64,000 nt of DNA from Alphaproteobacteria bacterium (GCA_965232515.1 CBDDPY010000002.1:3200001-3264000), one strand, 5' to 3'; shown: positions 48,695 to 59,168, counted from the stretch's first letter. Numbers and translations: made by a program. Notes: generated by a model not told the origin, from the letters alone.

Positions 48695-50205
48695 GACCCC
48701 GCGCCGCCCGTGCCGGGATCGGGTGTTACCGCATAGCCCGAGTCCTCCGATGCCAGCGATTTGGCGAAATCGAAGTCCGACGGCACGCAGGCATGGATTC
48801 GATAGATTGGCTCGCCCGCCTCCACCGGTTCGCCGAGCTTCTTCGCCAGCGCGATGCCGGCGCCCTTGTCCATCGGCGCGCCGGCCAGCCGCGCAATCCG
48901 CGCCAGGCGATAGCAGTCGATGCCGGTGACGACGCCATCACGCGGCGCCGGCATGTCATGCGTCAGATCGCCCAACGGATAGCTGATCTCATTGCGTCCC
49001 TGCATGTCGACGATACGTTGCATGGCGTCAAGCGCCTGGCCCGTCTCCAACAGCTCGCGCGCCCGCGCATAGCCGGCGCCGCCGCGCAGCGACGGATCGA
49101 AATCCAGTACGCGGCCGGCCAGAAACAGCGCCCGCTCGCGCAGGTCGGGCGGCGCGTCGGGCGCATTCTCGAGCACCGCCATGACGTCGCGGGCCTCGAG
49201 CACCGGCCCGATACCGCGGCCAACGGGCTGCGCGCCGTCGGTCAGCACGACATCCAGCACGAGGCCAATCTGGTCGCCGACATATTCGAACATCTTGCGC
49301 AGACGCACGGCATCGCCCTGGCTGCGTACCTTGGCGCTGGGGCCGACCGGAATGTCGATGACCAGATGCGTGGAGCCGGCGGCGATCTTCTTCGACAGGA
49401 TGGATGCCACCATCTGCTCGCGCGTGTCGATGCCGAGCGGCCGCTCGACCGAGATCAGCACGTCGTCTGCCGGCGACAGGTTGACATGCCCGCCCCAGAC
49501 CAGACAGCCCTTGCCGTGCTCGACAACGTGGCGCATCTCGTGGATCGACAGATCGACATTGGCCAGAACTTCCATGGTGTCGGCGGTGCCGGCCGGCGAG
49601 GTGATGGCGCGTGACGAGGTCTTCGGGATCGGCAGACCGTGCGCCGCGACGATCGGCACGACGATCATCGAGGTGCGGTTGCCCGGTATGCCGCCGATGC
49701 AATGCTTGTCGACGACCAGCGGGGCATCCCATTCCAGACGGTTGCCGACCTTGGCCATGGCCCGGGTAATGCCGAGCATCTCGTCGGTGGTGAGAAAGCT
49801 CGCCGACGAGATCAGATAGGCGGCGATCTCCATCGGCGAATAGCGGTGCGCGGCGATGTCGTTGATCACCGCCTCGATCTGGCCCGGCGACAACGTCTGG
49901 CCGCTGATTTTGGCGCGCACGGCCTCGAGGCTGCGCGGCGGCGTCGCCTGGGCAATGCGGATCTGGCTGCCCTCCGGCATACCGAAACGACGGAATGCCT
50001 GCACGCCCAGCCCCAGCTCGTCGGGCCCGACGATGCTCGGATCGTCGGCGATCATCAGGGTCGCCAGCAGCTGCCGGCTGTCGGAGACGACTTCGATCTT
50101 CTTCAGCGCACGGAATTCCTCGGCCCGGTAGACCGTGCAATCGCGCGACAACAGCGCCATGTTCTCCGGATAGCTGTCGATGGCGATCCGTCGCAGTTTC
50201 AACAT
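48691..50205 (-). CDS. Thymidine phosphorylase family protein, archaeal AMP phosphorylase-like
   Basis: ~80-aa N-terminal extension; [59 protein letters not shown]. Confidence 0.9.
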   Translation of the reverse strand: MLKLRRIAIDSYPENMALLSRDCTVYRAEEFRALKKIEVVSDSRQLLATLMIADDPSIVGPDELGLGVQAFRRFGMPEGSQIRIAQATPPRSLEAVRAKISGQTLSPGQIEAVINDIAAHRYSPMEIAAYLISSASFLTTDEMLGITRAMAKVGNRLEWDAPLVVDKHCIGGIPGNRTSMIVVPIVAAHGLPIPKTSSRAITSPAGTADTMEVLANVDLSIHEMRHVVEHGKGCLVWGGHVNLSPADDVLISVERPLGIDTREQMVASILSKKIAAGSTHLVIDIPVGPSAKVRSQGDAVRLRKMFEYVGDQIGLVLDVVLTDGAQPVGRGIGPVLEARDVMAVLENAPDAPPDLRERALFLAGRVLDFDPSLRGGAGYARARELLETGQALDAMQRIVDMQGRNEISYPLGDLTHDMPAPRDGVVTGIDCYRLARIARLAGAPMDKGAGIALAKKLGEPVEAGEPIYRIHACVPSDFDFAKSLASEDSGYAVTPDPGTGGAGS

Positions 50206-50396
50206 CGGCGAACTCGTGCTTCCCGGCAGACGTTACCACCGGCGGCACGCCTGTCACCCGATTGTCATACAGTCCCGGAGCGCCGTCGATAGCGCGGCGG
50301 GGACGATGGCAATTCGTCGCAGGGTCCGATGCCGGAAAGTCACTGATATCCGCCGCCACCGGCATCAGGCCGACGACGGCGGACGCGTGTCACGCA

Positions 50397-51743
50397 TCAA
50401 TGGGTCAGTTCGATCCAGACCACGTGGTTTTCGGCCGCCGGCCAGGTCCGGGCGGCGATGGTTTCGCCGTTGAAACGGCCGACCACCGTTTGCGGCTCGG
50501 CCGTATCGGCGGCAAAGGTCGTCTTCCAGACACCCGGCACCTCGCTGTCGGGTATGCCGGGGGCCGGTTCGCCGTTGAATTCAATCTCGTCGCGCTGGCC
50601 GCCGAAGTAGCCGCGCGGTCGCATCATGCCGACCGCCACGGCCGTGCCATCGGGCGCCTCGGCGGCCGGATAGAGCCGCAGGTTGACGACGTCGGACGCG
50701 CGCGGGAAGGCCGAGCGGTAGATGTGATGCGTCGAATAGCCCTCGGCCTCGATGACGAATTCGTAGGGCTGGTCCGGCTTCGCTTCGAACGGTCCCCAGC
50801 GGCCGTCGGCGCCGATGACCTTCTCGTGCACCGGATCGCCCAAGCGCTCGCCGGTTTCAGCATTCGTGGCATAGACAGCGAGCTTGGCCCCGACCAGCGG
50901 CAGGTTGGTCGGCCGCGCGTTGGCCCAGCCGCTGACCTCGCCGTCGAGAATTGGGGCATCCTCGGCCGCGATTTCCGTCGTCGCCGGGGCGTGGCCGGCG
51001 ACGACCTTGTGCATTTCGACGAAGGCGGCCGGCGAATAGGCGGTCTCGCGGTGGTCGACGCCCGGCAGCACGATGTTCATGGCGCCGCGCAGCTCTGGCG
51101 CGTCGTAGGAAATCCCGGTCGGCTTACCGGGTTGACCGATCCATTCGCCGGTCGGCTGGGCGTACTTGTCGAACCTGTCCGAGCGCAGCGTCACCGTCGT
51201 CAGGCCAGGCACCACCTCGAACACGGCATTGAGCTTGGACAGGAACGTACCGGCGCCGTTGTATTCGCTGCCCATTCGCACGCCCGGCGCGGCGTAGACA
51301 CCGTGATTGACACAGCCCGTGAGCACCAGCAGTGCCGCGTTCGGCGCACCGCCGGCATTCTGCACATAGTTGCGGATGGTGCTGCAGCCGCGCGAATTGC
51401 CGACGAGCACCACCTTGTCCGAGCCGGTCTGCAGCATCACGCGCGCGACGAAACCCGCGAGCTGGGCGGCGACGTCGGTCGTGGTCGAGCGGTTTTCCTC
51501 GCGCACATTGTCGTCCGAGCCGGCGCCGGGATGGTCGAGATCAATGGCGAACAGCCGGTCGCGCGGATAGCCGTTGGATTCAAAGCGCCAGATCTGCGCG
51601 ATCCAGAGACCGGCCGTATCGCTGTCGCCGTGCACGAAAATCACCGGCAGCGGATGATCGAGCTTTGCCGCCGAGACCGGCCATCCCACACCGGCCATCA
51701 GCAGAACCGTCAATAGCGTCCAAATTGTCCGTCGACCCCACAT
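50397..51743 (-). CDS. Secreted alpha/beta hydrolase (lipase-like) with extra C-terminal domain
   Basis: Signal peptide; PVIFVHG, RFESNGYP, nucleophile elbow GNSRG, DHRE. Confidence 0.82.
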   Translation of the reverse strand: MWGRRTIWTLLTVLLMAGVGWPVSAAKLDHPLPVIFVHGDSDTAGLWIAQIWRFESNGYPRDRLFAIDLDHPGAGSDDNVREENRSTTTDVAAQLAGFVARVMLQTGSDKVVLVGNSRGCSTIRNYVQNAGGAPNAALLVLTGCVNHGVYAAPGVRMGSEYNGAGTFLSKLNAVFEVVPGLTTVTLRSDRFDKYAQPTGEWIGQPGKPTGISYDAPELRGAMNIVLPGVDHRETAYSPAAFVEMHKVVAGHAPATTEIAAEDAPILDGEVSGWANARPTNLPLVGAKLAVYATNAETGERLGDPVHEKVIGADGRWGPFEAKPDQPYEFVIEAEGYSTHHIYRSAFPRASDVVNLRLYPAAEAPDGTAVAVGMMRPRGYFGGQRDEIEFNGEPAPGIPDSEVPGVWKTTFAADTAEPQTVVGRFNGETIAARTWPAAENHVVWIELTH

Positions 51744-51916
51744 GGCCTTCCCCTTTTTGTCTGCATCCCAACCCGCCGTCCGACGGGCGCGGTCACCCCA
51801 TTTACGCGATCCTACGGCATCATCACCGTCATTGACTGCCGTTTTCTGACACCAGCATCGCGCCAGCGGAATTGTGTCTGGCGTCACGAATCTTGAGACG
51901 CTATCACCGTCGCAGC

Positions 51917-52519
51917 ATGCTCGATGCCGTCGCCCGAAAACTCGTCGATCCGCCATTGAACGTGGCCGGCCGGTCGCTGGCACGCGCCGGCGTATCGGCG
52001 AATACGGTCACGACGGTCGGCTTCGTCCTTGGCCTTGGATCCGCCGCCGCCATCGCGGTCGAGGCCTATGGCGCCGGCTTGTTCCTGTTCGCGCTCAATC
52101 GCCTCGCCGACGGTCTCGACGGCGCCGTGGCGCGGGCGCGGCGCAAGACCGATATCGGTGGCTATCTCGATATCGTGCTGGATTTCCTGGTCTATGCCGC
52201 CGTCGTCGTCGGTTTTGCCGCCGCGCGGCCGGAGAACGCCCTGCCGGCGGCACTGCTGCTGGCGACCTTCATCGGCACCGGCACCACGTTTCTCACGTTC
52301 GCCATCTTCGCCGCCAAGCATGGACTGGAAACGCAGTCGCGGGGCGCGAAGTCGCTCTACTATCTGGGCGGCCTGACCGAAGGCACGGAGACAATCATCT
52401 TCTTCGTGCTGTTCTGTCTGCTGCCGAGTTGGTTTCCGACATTGGCCTATATCTTTGCGGCCGGCTGTGTGATCACCACTACATCGCGCATCGCCATTGC
52501 CGTGCGAACGTTCCGCTGA
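51917..52519 (+). CDS. CDP-alcohol phosphatidyltransferase family protein
   Basis: ANTVT, DGLDGAVAR...GGYLDIVLD signature. Confidence 0.9.
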   Translation: MLDAVARKLVDPPLNVAGRSLARAGVSANTVTTVGFVLGLGSAAAIAVEAYGAGLFLFALNRLADGLDGAVARARRKTDIGGYLDIVLDFLVYAAVVVGFAAARPENALPAALLLATFIGTGTTFLTFAIFAAKHGLETQSRGAKSLYYLGGLTEGTETIIFFVLFCLLPSWFPTLAYIFAAGCVITTTSRIAIAVRTFR

Positions 52520-52539
52520 TTCGTCATGCGGAGATACCC

Positions 52540-52992
52540 ATGATCTGGAAAACCTTCGCCGAGCTGAGCACCGACGAACTCTACGCCATCCTGAAGCTGC
52601 GCCAGGACGTCTTCGTCATCGAGCAGACCTGTCTGTTCCGCGACATCGACGGCCGCGACCGGGACGCGCACCATCTGCTCGCCGGGTGGCAAGCGCCGGA
52701 AACGCTTGGCGGCTGTCTGCGTCTGATGCCGCCGGCGGACGAACAGAACGCCGTCAGCATCGGTCGCGTCGTCGTACATGCCGATCAACGCCGCACCGGC
52801 CTCGGCCGGCAGATGATGGTGGAATCGATCGCCTATGCCGAGCGAACGTTCGGGCCGGCGCCGGTGGCGGTGTCGGCGCAGACCTATCTCGAAAAGTTCT
52901 ACAATGGGCTCGGCTTCGAACGCTGCTCGGACAACTATCTCGACGAGGGCGACATTCCGCACCTCGACATGCTGCGGCCGGCGTCCACCTAG
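52540..52992 (+). CDS. elaA: GNAT N-acetyltransferase, ElaA-like
   Basis: ELYAILKLRQDVFVIEQ.C...DIDG.D, IGRVV, SAQTYLEKFY, IPH. Confidence 0.88.
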   Translation: MIWKTFAELSTDELYAILKLRQDVFVIEQTCLFRDIDGRDRDAHHLLAGWQAPETLGGCLRLMPPADEQNAVSIGRVVVHADQRRTGLGRQMMVESIAYAERTFGPAPVAVSAQTYLEKFYNGLGFERCSDNYLDEGDIPHLDMLRPAST

Positions 52993-53001
52993 GGCCGATC
53001 G

Positions 53002-54393
53002 CTAAGCCATCGGGGGGCGGCCGATGGGATCGACGGCGGCCTCGAAGGCGGCGCCGATGCGGATGGCCATGGCCTCGTCGTGCGGACGGGCCATGATCTG
53101 GAGCGAACCCGGCAGGCCGTCCGACGTCAGGCCGTTCGGCAGCGACAGGCCGCACATGCCGAGATAGTTCGCCGCGCGGGTGAAGTAGGCCGGCGTCGAT
53201 GTCTGGTCGACGCTTTCGACCGGGACAGCAGAGGTCGGCGCGGTCGGTGTCAGCACCGCGTCGAACCCGCGCATCCGCTCGAGGAAGTCGGCCTGATCCT
53301 GCCTTCGTTGCAGGCAGGCGGCGATATAGGCCTTGGCGCTGATCTCGCGGCCGCCCATGATCCGCGGCCGCACGTCCTCGTCCACCAAATCGGTATTTTG
53401 CTCGTAGAGCCAGCCCTGATGGTGATAGCCCTCGGACGCGATCAGGATGCCGGTGCCGTCCTTCAGCGCGTCGAACGACAGCGGCGGCTCGAAGGGCGCG
53501 ATCTCGGCGCCGAGGCCCACCAGGGTCTCCAGGCTGGCGTCGTAGAGGCGCAAGGTCTCGGCGTCGACGACCGCGCGCTCGGCCTCGGTCAGGCTGCCGA
53601 GACGCAGGCCGGCAACGCCCTTGGTCAGCATGGCGAACAGGCCGTCGCCAGATTGCCAGTCCGCCTCCGTGTCGGCGGGATGCCGGCCGTCCATCACCTC
53701 GAACATCTGCACGGCGTCCATGACGCTGCGCGCCATCGGGCCGGGCGTGTCGAGCGTATGCGACAGCGGCAGGATACCGTCGGTCGGCAGCCGACCCTCG
53801 GTCACCTTCAGGCCGACGATGCCGCACCAGGCGGCCGGCAGCCGGACCGAGCCGCCGGTATCGGTGCCGACGGCGCAGGCCGCGAGGCCGGCGGCGACGG
53901 CGACGCCCGAGCCACTGGACGAGCCGCCCGGCGTTCGTTTGACATCTGCGTCCCAGGGATTCCAGGGCGTGCCCATGCGCTGGTTGGTGCCCCAACCGCC
54001 CATGGCGACCTCGACGGTCTTGGTCTTGCCGATCAGCACGCCGCCGGCGGCGATCAGCCGCTTGGCGATCGTCGCGGTCGTCGGCGAGACCCGATCTTGC
54101 ATGGCTTCCGAGCCGCCGGTGGTGATCCGGCCCTCGAGATCGACGATGTCTTTCAGAGCAAACGGCACGCCGTGGAACGGGCCGATGCGGTGACCGCTGC
54201 GGATCGCGGCCTCGGCCGCCCGTGCCGCCTGCCGGGCTTCGTCGGCATAGACGACCTGCCAGGCGCCGAGCTTGACATCGAGACGTTCGATACGGTCGAG
54301 CACGGAGTCGACGACCTCGACCGGACTGGCATCGCCCCGCCGGTACGCCTCGGCCAGTTCGTGTATCTGCGTGAAACCGAAATCGGTCGCCAT
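53002..54393 (-). CDS. Amidase signature family enzyme
   Basis: GVPFALKD, PGGSSSGSG, GTDTGGSVRLPA. Confidence 0.93.
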   Translation of the reverse strand: MATDFGFTQIHELAEAYRRGDASPVEVVDSVLDRIERLDVKLGAWQVVYADEARQAARAAEAAIRSGHRIGPFHGVPFALKDIVDLEGRITTGGSEAMQDRVSPTTATIAKRLIAAGGVLIGKTKTVEVAMGGWGTNQRMGTPWNPWDADVKRTPGGSSSGSGVAVAAGLAACAVGTDTGGSVRLPAAWCGIVGLKVTEGRLPTDGILPLSHTLDTPGPMARSVMDAVQMFEVMDGRHPADTEADWQSGDGLFAMLTKGVAGLRLGSLTEAERAVVDAETLRLYDASLETLVGLGAEIAPFEPPLSFDALKDGTGILIASEGYHHQGWLYEQNTDLVDEDVRPRIMGGREISAKAYIAACLQRRQDQADFLERMRGFDAVLTPTAPTSAVPVESVDQTSTPAYFTRAANYLGMCGLSLPNGLTSDGLPGSLQIMARPHDEAMAIRIGAAFEAAVDPIGRPPMA

Positions 54394-54410
54394 GTCCCTA
54401 CCCCGCCATC

Positions 54411-55178
54411 TCAATCGATCTGGTAATCAAGCCATTCCTGGATCATCTCGCGCAACTGCTGATCGTCGCCGAAGGTCTCGCGGCTGCCCTCGGCGCGCGT
54501 GGCACCGAGGTCGAGCACGTAGATGTGGTCCGACACGGCGGCGCACTGGCGCACGTTCTGATCGACCAGCACCACCGTGATGCCGTGTTCCGGCAGACCG
54601 GCGATGAAATCGTAGAGCTCGCGCGACAGGCGCGGCGCGATCATCGCCGTCGGCTCGTCGAGCAAGACGATCTCCGGCTCCAGCACCAGCGAGCGGCCGA
54701 GCTCGAGAAAGCGCTGCTGGCCGCCGGACATGGTGCCGGCGAGGTCGGCGCGCTTCTCGCGCAGCGCCGGGAACATCTCGTAGACGCGGTCGAGCGCCTG
54801 CTGCACGCGCGGCTTGTCGCGACGGAAGTGCCAGCAACCGAGACGCAGGTTGTCCTCGACCGAGAGGTCGTTGAACAGGCTGCGGTTCTGCGGCACGAAG
54901 CTGACGCCGCGCGTCACCATCTCGGACGGCGAGCGGCCGTTCACGACCTCACCGCGAAGACGGATCTCGCCGCGCGACGGCGTCAGGAATCCGTACATGG
55001 TCTTGAGCGCCGTCGACTTGCCGGCGCCGTTCGGGCCGATGATGCCGGTGACGACGCCGCGCCGGACCTTCAGCGACAGCCCGTTCAGGACCGAGATGTC
55101 GCCGTGATAGGCGGCATAGACGTCGCTCATCTCGATGACGATGTCGTCCGCACTGGTCGCTGTCGCCGGCATGGTCAT
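54411..55178 (-). CDS. ABC ATP-binding protein (LivF-like)
   Basis: GPNGAGKS, MSGGQQ, LLDEPT. Confidence 0.92.
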   Translation of the reverse strand: MTMPATATSADDIVIEMSDVYAAYHGDISVLNGLSLKVRRGVVTGIIGPNGAGKSTALKTMYGFLTPSRGEIRLRGEVVNGRSPSEMVTRGVSFVPQNRSLFNDLSVEDNLRLGCWHFRRDKPRVQQALDRVYEMFPALREKRADLAGTMSGGQQRFLELGRSLVLEPEIVLLDEPTAMIAPRLSRELYDFIAGLPEHGITVVLVDQNVRQCAAVSDHIYVLDLGATRAEGSRETFGDDQQLREMIQEWLDYQID

Positions 55179-55181
55179 GGC

Positions 55182-55898
55182 TCAGTTCCCGAGATAGGCC
55201 TCGATCACATCTGGGTTGTCGCGCACGTCGGCGACGCCGCCCTCGGCGATGATCTCGCCCTGGTTCAGCACCAGCAAGTGGTCCGACAGCCGGTAGATCG
55301 AGGTCAGGTCGTGGCTGACCAGCAGAAACGTGGTGCCAGCCGCGCGCATGGTCTCGATCTCCTGGATCATGATGCGGCAGAGGCTGGGATTGACACCAGC
55401 AAACGGCTCGTCGAGCAGGATGAGCTGCGGATCGAACATCATCACGCGGGCCAACTCCAGCAGCTTCTGCTGGCCGCCCGACAGCTCCTCGCCGTTGTTG
55501 GCGCGCAGGTCGTAGAGGTTGACGCGGGCGAGGCAAGCCTCGGCCTGCTCGGTCAACTCGGCATCGCTGAGATCGGAGCCGAGCACCGGGATCATCAGGT
55601 TGTCGATCAGCGACAGGCGATGAAACGTGCGCGGCACTTGAAACGTGCGGCCGACGCCATGCGCGGCGATCTCGTGCGGCGTGCGACGGGTGATGTCATG
55701 GCCGTCGAACGCGACATGGCCGGCGTCGGTGCGGTAGATGCCGTTGATGCAGTTCATCAGCGTGGTCTTGCCGGCGCCGTTGATGCCGATCAGACCGACT
55801 ATGTTGCCGCGATTCACCGTGAAGCTGACCTCGCGCACGGCGATCAGGCCGCCGAAACGCTTGACCAGGCCGTCGACGCTGAGCAACGCCGCGCTCAC
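55182..55898 (-). CDS. ABC ATP-binding protein (LivG-like)
   Basis: GINGAGKT, LSGGQQK, LLDEPFAGV, AYLG. Confidence 0.92.
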   Translation of the reverse strand: MSAALLSVDGLVKRFGGLIAVREVSFTVNRGNIVGLIGINGAGKTTLMNCINGIYRTDAGHVAFDGHDITRRTPHEIAAHGVGRTFQVPRTFHRLSLIDNLMIPVLGSDLSDAELTEQAEACLARVNLYDLRANNGEELSGGQQKLLELARVMMFDPQLILLDEPFAGVNPSLCRIMIQEIETMRAAGTTFLLVSHDLTSIYRLSDHLLVLNQGEIIAEGGVADVRDNPDVIEAYLGN

Positions 55899-56815
55899 CG
55901 GCTGCGCTCCAGGCCGAACAGGCCGGCGGGTTTCAGGAAGATCACCGCGACCAGGATCATGAAACCCAGCATCTGCGCCGCGGCCTGCGGCAGCAGCACG
56001 TTCGACATCTGCTCGACCAGGCCGAACAGGATGCCGGCGGCGAGCGCCCCGACGGGATGGCCGAGGCCGCCCAGCACGATGACGATGAAGCCGATCAGCG
56101 TGAAGTCGGCACCTCCGTTCGGGTCGATGGACGGCACGACCAGCGTCATGACCACGCCGGTGACGCCGGCCAATGCGGCGGCGAGGCCGAAGGCCCAGGC
56201 CGAGAGGCGGTGGATGTCGATGCCGACGATCTGCACGGCCTCGCGGTTCATGATCGCTGCCCGCATGGCCTTGCCCGGCAGCGTGCGGTAGAGGAACCAG
56301 GTCATGGCAATGATGATGGCGGCGTTGATGCCCAGCGCCACCAGCCGCGCCGTCGGCACGATGACCCGGCCGTCGCGGCCCGGACCGTAGGCGTCCTCCA
56401 CCGTGAACAGCACGATGTTGATGGGATCGAAGCTGAAATTCACCGGCCGGACGTCGGCCTCGAAGATCCAGATCATCGACGAGACCAGCATCAGCGAGAC
56501 GCCGAACATCAAGAGGAAACTCGAGGTCTCGGGCTCGTCCGAGCGCGCCAGCCGCGGGATCAGCAGGTAGTAGAGGCCATAACCCGCGACGAAGAAGGCG
56601 GCGGCGGCCACGGGCAGCGTATAGAGCGGATTGAGCCCGAGGAAGGTCAGCATCACGTAGGCGAAAAACCCGCCGGCGATGATGAACTCGCCGTGCGCGA
56701 AGTTGATGATGCGCAGCACGCCGCAGAGCACGTTCAGGCTGGCGCCGATCAGCGCATAGACCGCGCCGAAGACGATCCCGCCCAGAAGTCCGTTGATCAG
56801 CAGCACCGAGTTCAT
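55895..56815 (-). CDS. ABC permease (LivH-like)
   Basis: INFAHGE, GKAMRA, VLGGLG. Confidence 0.92.
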   Translation of the reverse strand: MNSVLLINGLLGGIVFGAVYALIGASLNVLCGVLRIINFAHGEFIIAGGFFAYVMLTFLGLNPLYTLPVAAAAFFVAGYGLYYLLIPRLARSDEPETSSFLLMFGVSLMLVSSMIWIFEADVRPVNFSFDPINIVLFTVEDAYGPGRDGRVIVPTARLVALGINAAIIIAMTWFLYRTLPGKAMRAAIMNREAVQIVGIDIHRLSAWAFGLAAALAGVTGVVMTLVVPSIDPNGGADFTLIGFIVIVLGGLGHPVGALAAGILFGLVEQMSNVLLPQAAAQMLGFMILVAVIFLKPAGLFGLERSR

Positions 56816-56822
56816 AGCCGGC

Positions 56823-57842
56823 TCACATGATGTACCGGCGGACGCGCGGATAGCGCTGCATCAGCGAACCCACGATGCCGCGCGGCACGAACAGGATCAG
56901 GGCCGCGATGATCAGGCCCAGGAGGAAGTTATTGAGCACCGGAAACGACCGCCAGATCAGCTCGTCGACCCAGACCAGCACGACGGTGCCGATCAGCGGA
57001 CCGAGCACGGTGCCAAGCCCGCCGGCCATGGCGTAGATCACGGTCTTGGCGGTGATCAGCACGTCGAACGCCGTCTGCGGATCGAGCGCGCCCGTAAACC
57101 AGGCCTGCACGCCGCCGGTCAGCGCCGCGAACAGCGCCGACAAGAGCCAGGCGAACAGCCGCGAGCGCGGTACGTTGACGCCCATGGCCTCGGCCGCCTC
57201 GGGATCGTCGCGGATCGCCTTCAGCGCCTTGCCCAAGCGCGAGCGGGCGAGCCAGGACGCGGTCAGCAGCGCCAGCACCAGGACCAGCAGCATCGTGTAG
57301 TAGCCGTGCTCGCGCACGGTGATAACGCCGAGATTGATGCCGAGGCTGCCGCCGGTGATCTCTTCGGGCAGTAGCGAGACCAGCCGCTGACAGATGATCG
57401 CGAGCGACAGGCTGACGATGGCGAAATAAATGCCCGACAGCCTGAGCGTCGGCGCGAACAGCAAGGCCAGCAGCACGCCGACGCCACCGGCAATCGGCAC
57501 CGCGGCGTAGACCGACAACCCAAGCACCTTGACGGCGATGCCGGTCGTATAGGTGCCGATGCCGTAGAAGGCGACATAGCCGAACGGCATGTAGCCGGCG
57601 AACCCGGCGATGAAGTTCAGGCCCGTCGCCAGCGTCACCCACATCATCAGCGAGAAATAAAGCGACAGGTTGCCGCCGGCCGGCGGCACGGCCGCGCACC
57701 AGACCAGGATCAGGCCGACCAGCCCATACCAGATCAGCCGCCGCACGGTGTCGGCGTTGCCAAGGCGCGGCTTGGCGATTTCCTGCGTCGTCTGCTGCGT
57801 CATGCGGTGTTTGACGGAAGGAATTGCAGGGTCCAGACTCAT
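56823..57842 (-). CDS. ABC permease (LivM-like)
   Basis: GFAGYMPFG, LSGIYFAI, GKALKAIRDD, GGLGT; start may be 57803. Confidence 0.9.
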   Translation of the reverse strand: MSLDPAIPSVKHRMTQQTTQEIAKPRLGNADTVRRLIWYGLVGLILVWCAAVPPAGGNLSLYFSLMMWVTLATGLNFIAGFAGYMPFGYVAFYGIGTYTTGIAVKVLGLSVYAAVPIAGGVGVLLALLFAPTLRLSGIYFAIVSLSLAIICQRLVSLLPEEITGGSLGINLGVITVREHGYYTMLLVLVLALLTASWLARSRLGKALKAIRDDPEAAEAMGVNVPRSRLFAWLLSALFAALTGGVQAWFTGALDPQTAFDVLITAKTVIYAMAGGLGTVLGPLIGTVVLVWVDELIWRSFPVLNNFLLGLIIAALILFVPRGIVGSLMQRYPRVRRYIM

Positions 57843-57941
57843 GCCACCAACATGAAACCGGCCCCCTGCAACGGGGAACAGGTCGGATTGTCAGACACCC
57901 GATCCGTCAGTGTCAATTAATCAACAACAGGGGAGTCGAAA

Positions 57942-59168
57942 ATGACCCTTTCTCGCAGAACCATGCTCGCCGCGACGGCAGCCCTGGCCGCCGGCGTTCT
58001 CGCATCGGCGGAATTCGCCGCCGCCGCCGAGCCGATCAAGATCGGCATGACCGTGTCGTCGACCGGCCGCTTCGCGCTGGCCGCGCAGTCCGGCGAGCGC
58101 GGCCTGAAGATCTGGATCGACGACGTCAACAGCCGCGGCGGCATTACGGTCGGCGGCGAGCAGCGCAAGATCGAGCTGGTCACGCTCGACGACCGCAGCG
58201 ACAAAACCATGGTGCCCCGCGTCTACGAGACGCTGATCAAGGACTACGACGTCGACATCGCCTTCGGGCCGTTCGGCTCGACGCTGACCGGCGCCGCGGC
58301 GAACACGACCGAGCAGTACGGCAAGTTTCTGACCATCTGGTCGGCCTCGTCGGACGCGATCTACAATCAGGGCTACAAGTACGTGGTCTCGGCTTCGCAG
58401 ATCGCCGCCTCGCGGCTGGGTCATCCGAGCGTCAAGGCCCTGAACGCCATGGGCGTGAAAACCGTCGCGTTTGCCTATCTCGACGAGCCGTTCCCGGCCG
58501 GCATCACCAAGGGCGCCGCCGATCTCGCCAAGGAACTTGGCATGGAAGTGGTGATGATGGAGAAGTTCGCCAAAGGCACGAAGGACTTCTCGGTGATCAT
58601 CCAGAAGGCGCTGGCCTCGGGCGCGGACGCCTTCTATCCGACGTCGTACGAGGGCGACCAGATGATCATCGCGCGGCAGCTGCGCGAGCTCGACGCCAGT
58701 TTCCCGGCGACATACATGGTCTACGCCTCGCAGCCGCAGTTCCTGGAGATCGGCCAGGATGCCGACTATCTGGTCAGCCAGACCCTGCTGCACGACAAGA
58801 TCAACTGGAAGGTCAACGCGGGCCTGAGCCGGGCCGAGGTGGTCGAGCGCTATGGCAAGCTGTACCCGGACGTCGCCTATCCGGCCGATTTCCAGACCGC
58901 GCTCGCCTATTCCGCCGGCGCCGTGCTGGAGGAGATCATCAAGAAGGCCGACTCGCTGGAGCCAGCGAAGCTGAAGCAGGCGGCGCTCGACCTCAACGAC
59001 AAGATCACGGTGATGACCGGGCCGTACCACATCGAGGAGAGCGGCAAGCAGATCAATATGGAATTCGTGATCATGCAGAACCAGAAAAACGGTCCGGAGG
59101 TCGTCTACCCGGCCGAGATCGCGACGGCGAAGCCGGTCTTCCCAATGCCGCCTTATTCGAAGCGGTGA
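57942..59168 (+). CDS. ABC substrate-binding protein (Liv type), Tat signal
   Basis: SRRTML twin-arginine; PIKIG, VNSRGGI, DDRS, GPFGS; GGGGAG RBS. Confidence 0.9.
   Translation: MTLSRRTMLAATAALAAGVLASAEFAAAAEPIKIGMTVSSTGRFALAAQSGERGLKIWIDDVNSRGGITVGGEQRKIELVTLDDRSDKTMVPRVYETLIKDYDVDIAFGPFGSTLTGAAANTTEQYGKFLTIWSASSDAIYNQGYKYVVSASQIAASRLGHPSVKALNAMGVKTVAFAYLDEPFPAGITKGAADLAKELGMEVVMMEKFAKGTKDFSVIIQKALASGADAFYPTSYEGDQMIIARQLRELDASFPATYMVYASQPQFLEIGQDADYLVSQTLLHDKINWKVNAGLSRAEVVERYGKLYPDVAYPADFQTALAYSAGAVLEEIIKKADSLEPAKLKQAALDLNDKITVMTGPYHIEESGKQINMEFVIMQNQKNGPEVVYPAEIATAKPVFPMPPYSKR

Noticed and set aside
51874-52539. Apparent fusion extension on ElaA (372-aa ORF)
   Set aside because: Out-of-frame overlap with the CDP-alcohol phosphatidyltransferase; ElaA has its own GGAG RBS and ATG at 52540.
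57826-57850. Possible sigma-54 promoter (TGGCATG on the minus strand)
   Set aside because: No TTGC at the required -12 spacing; the same applies to TGGCACA near 59350.
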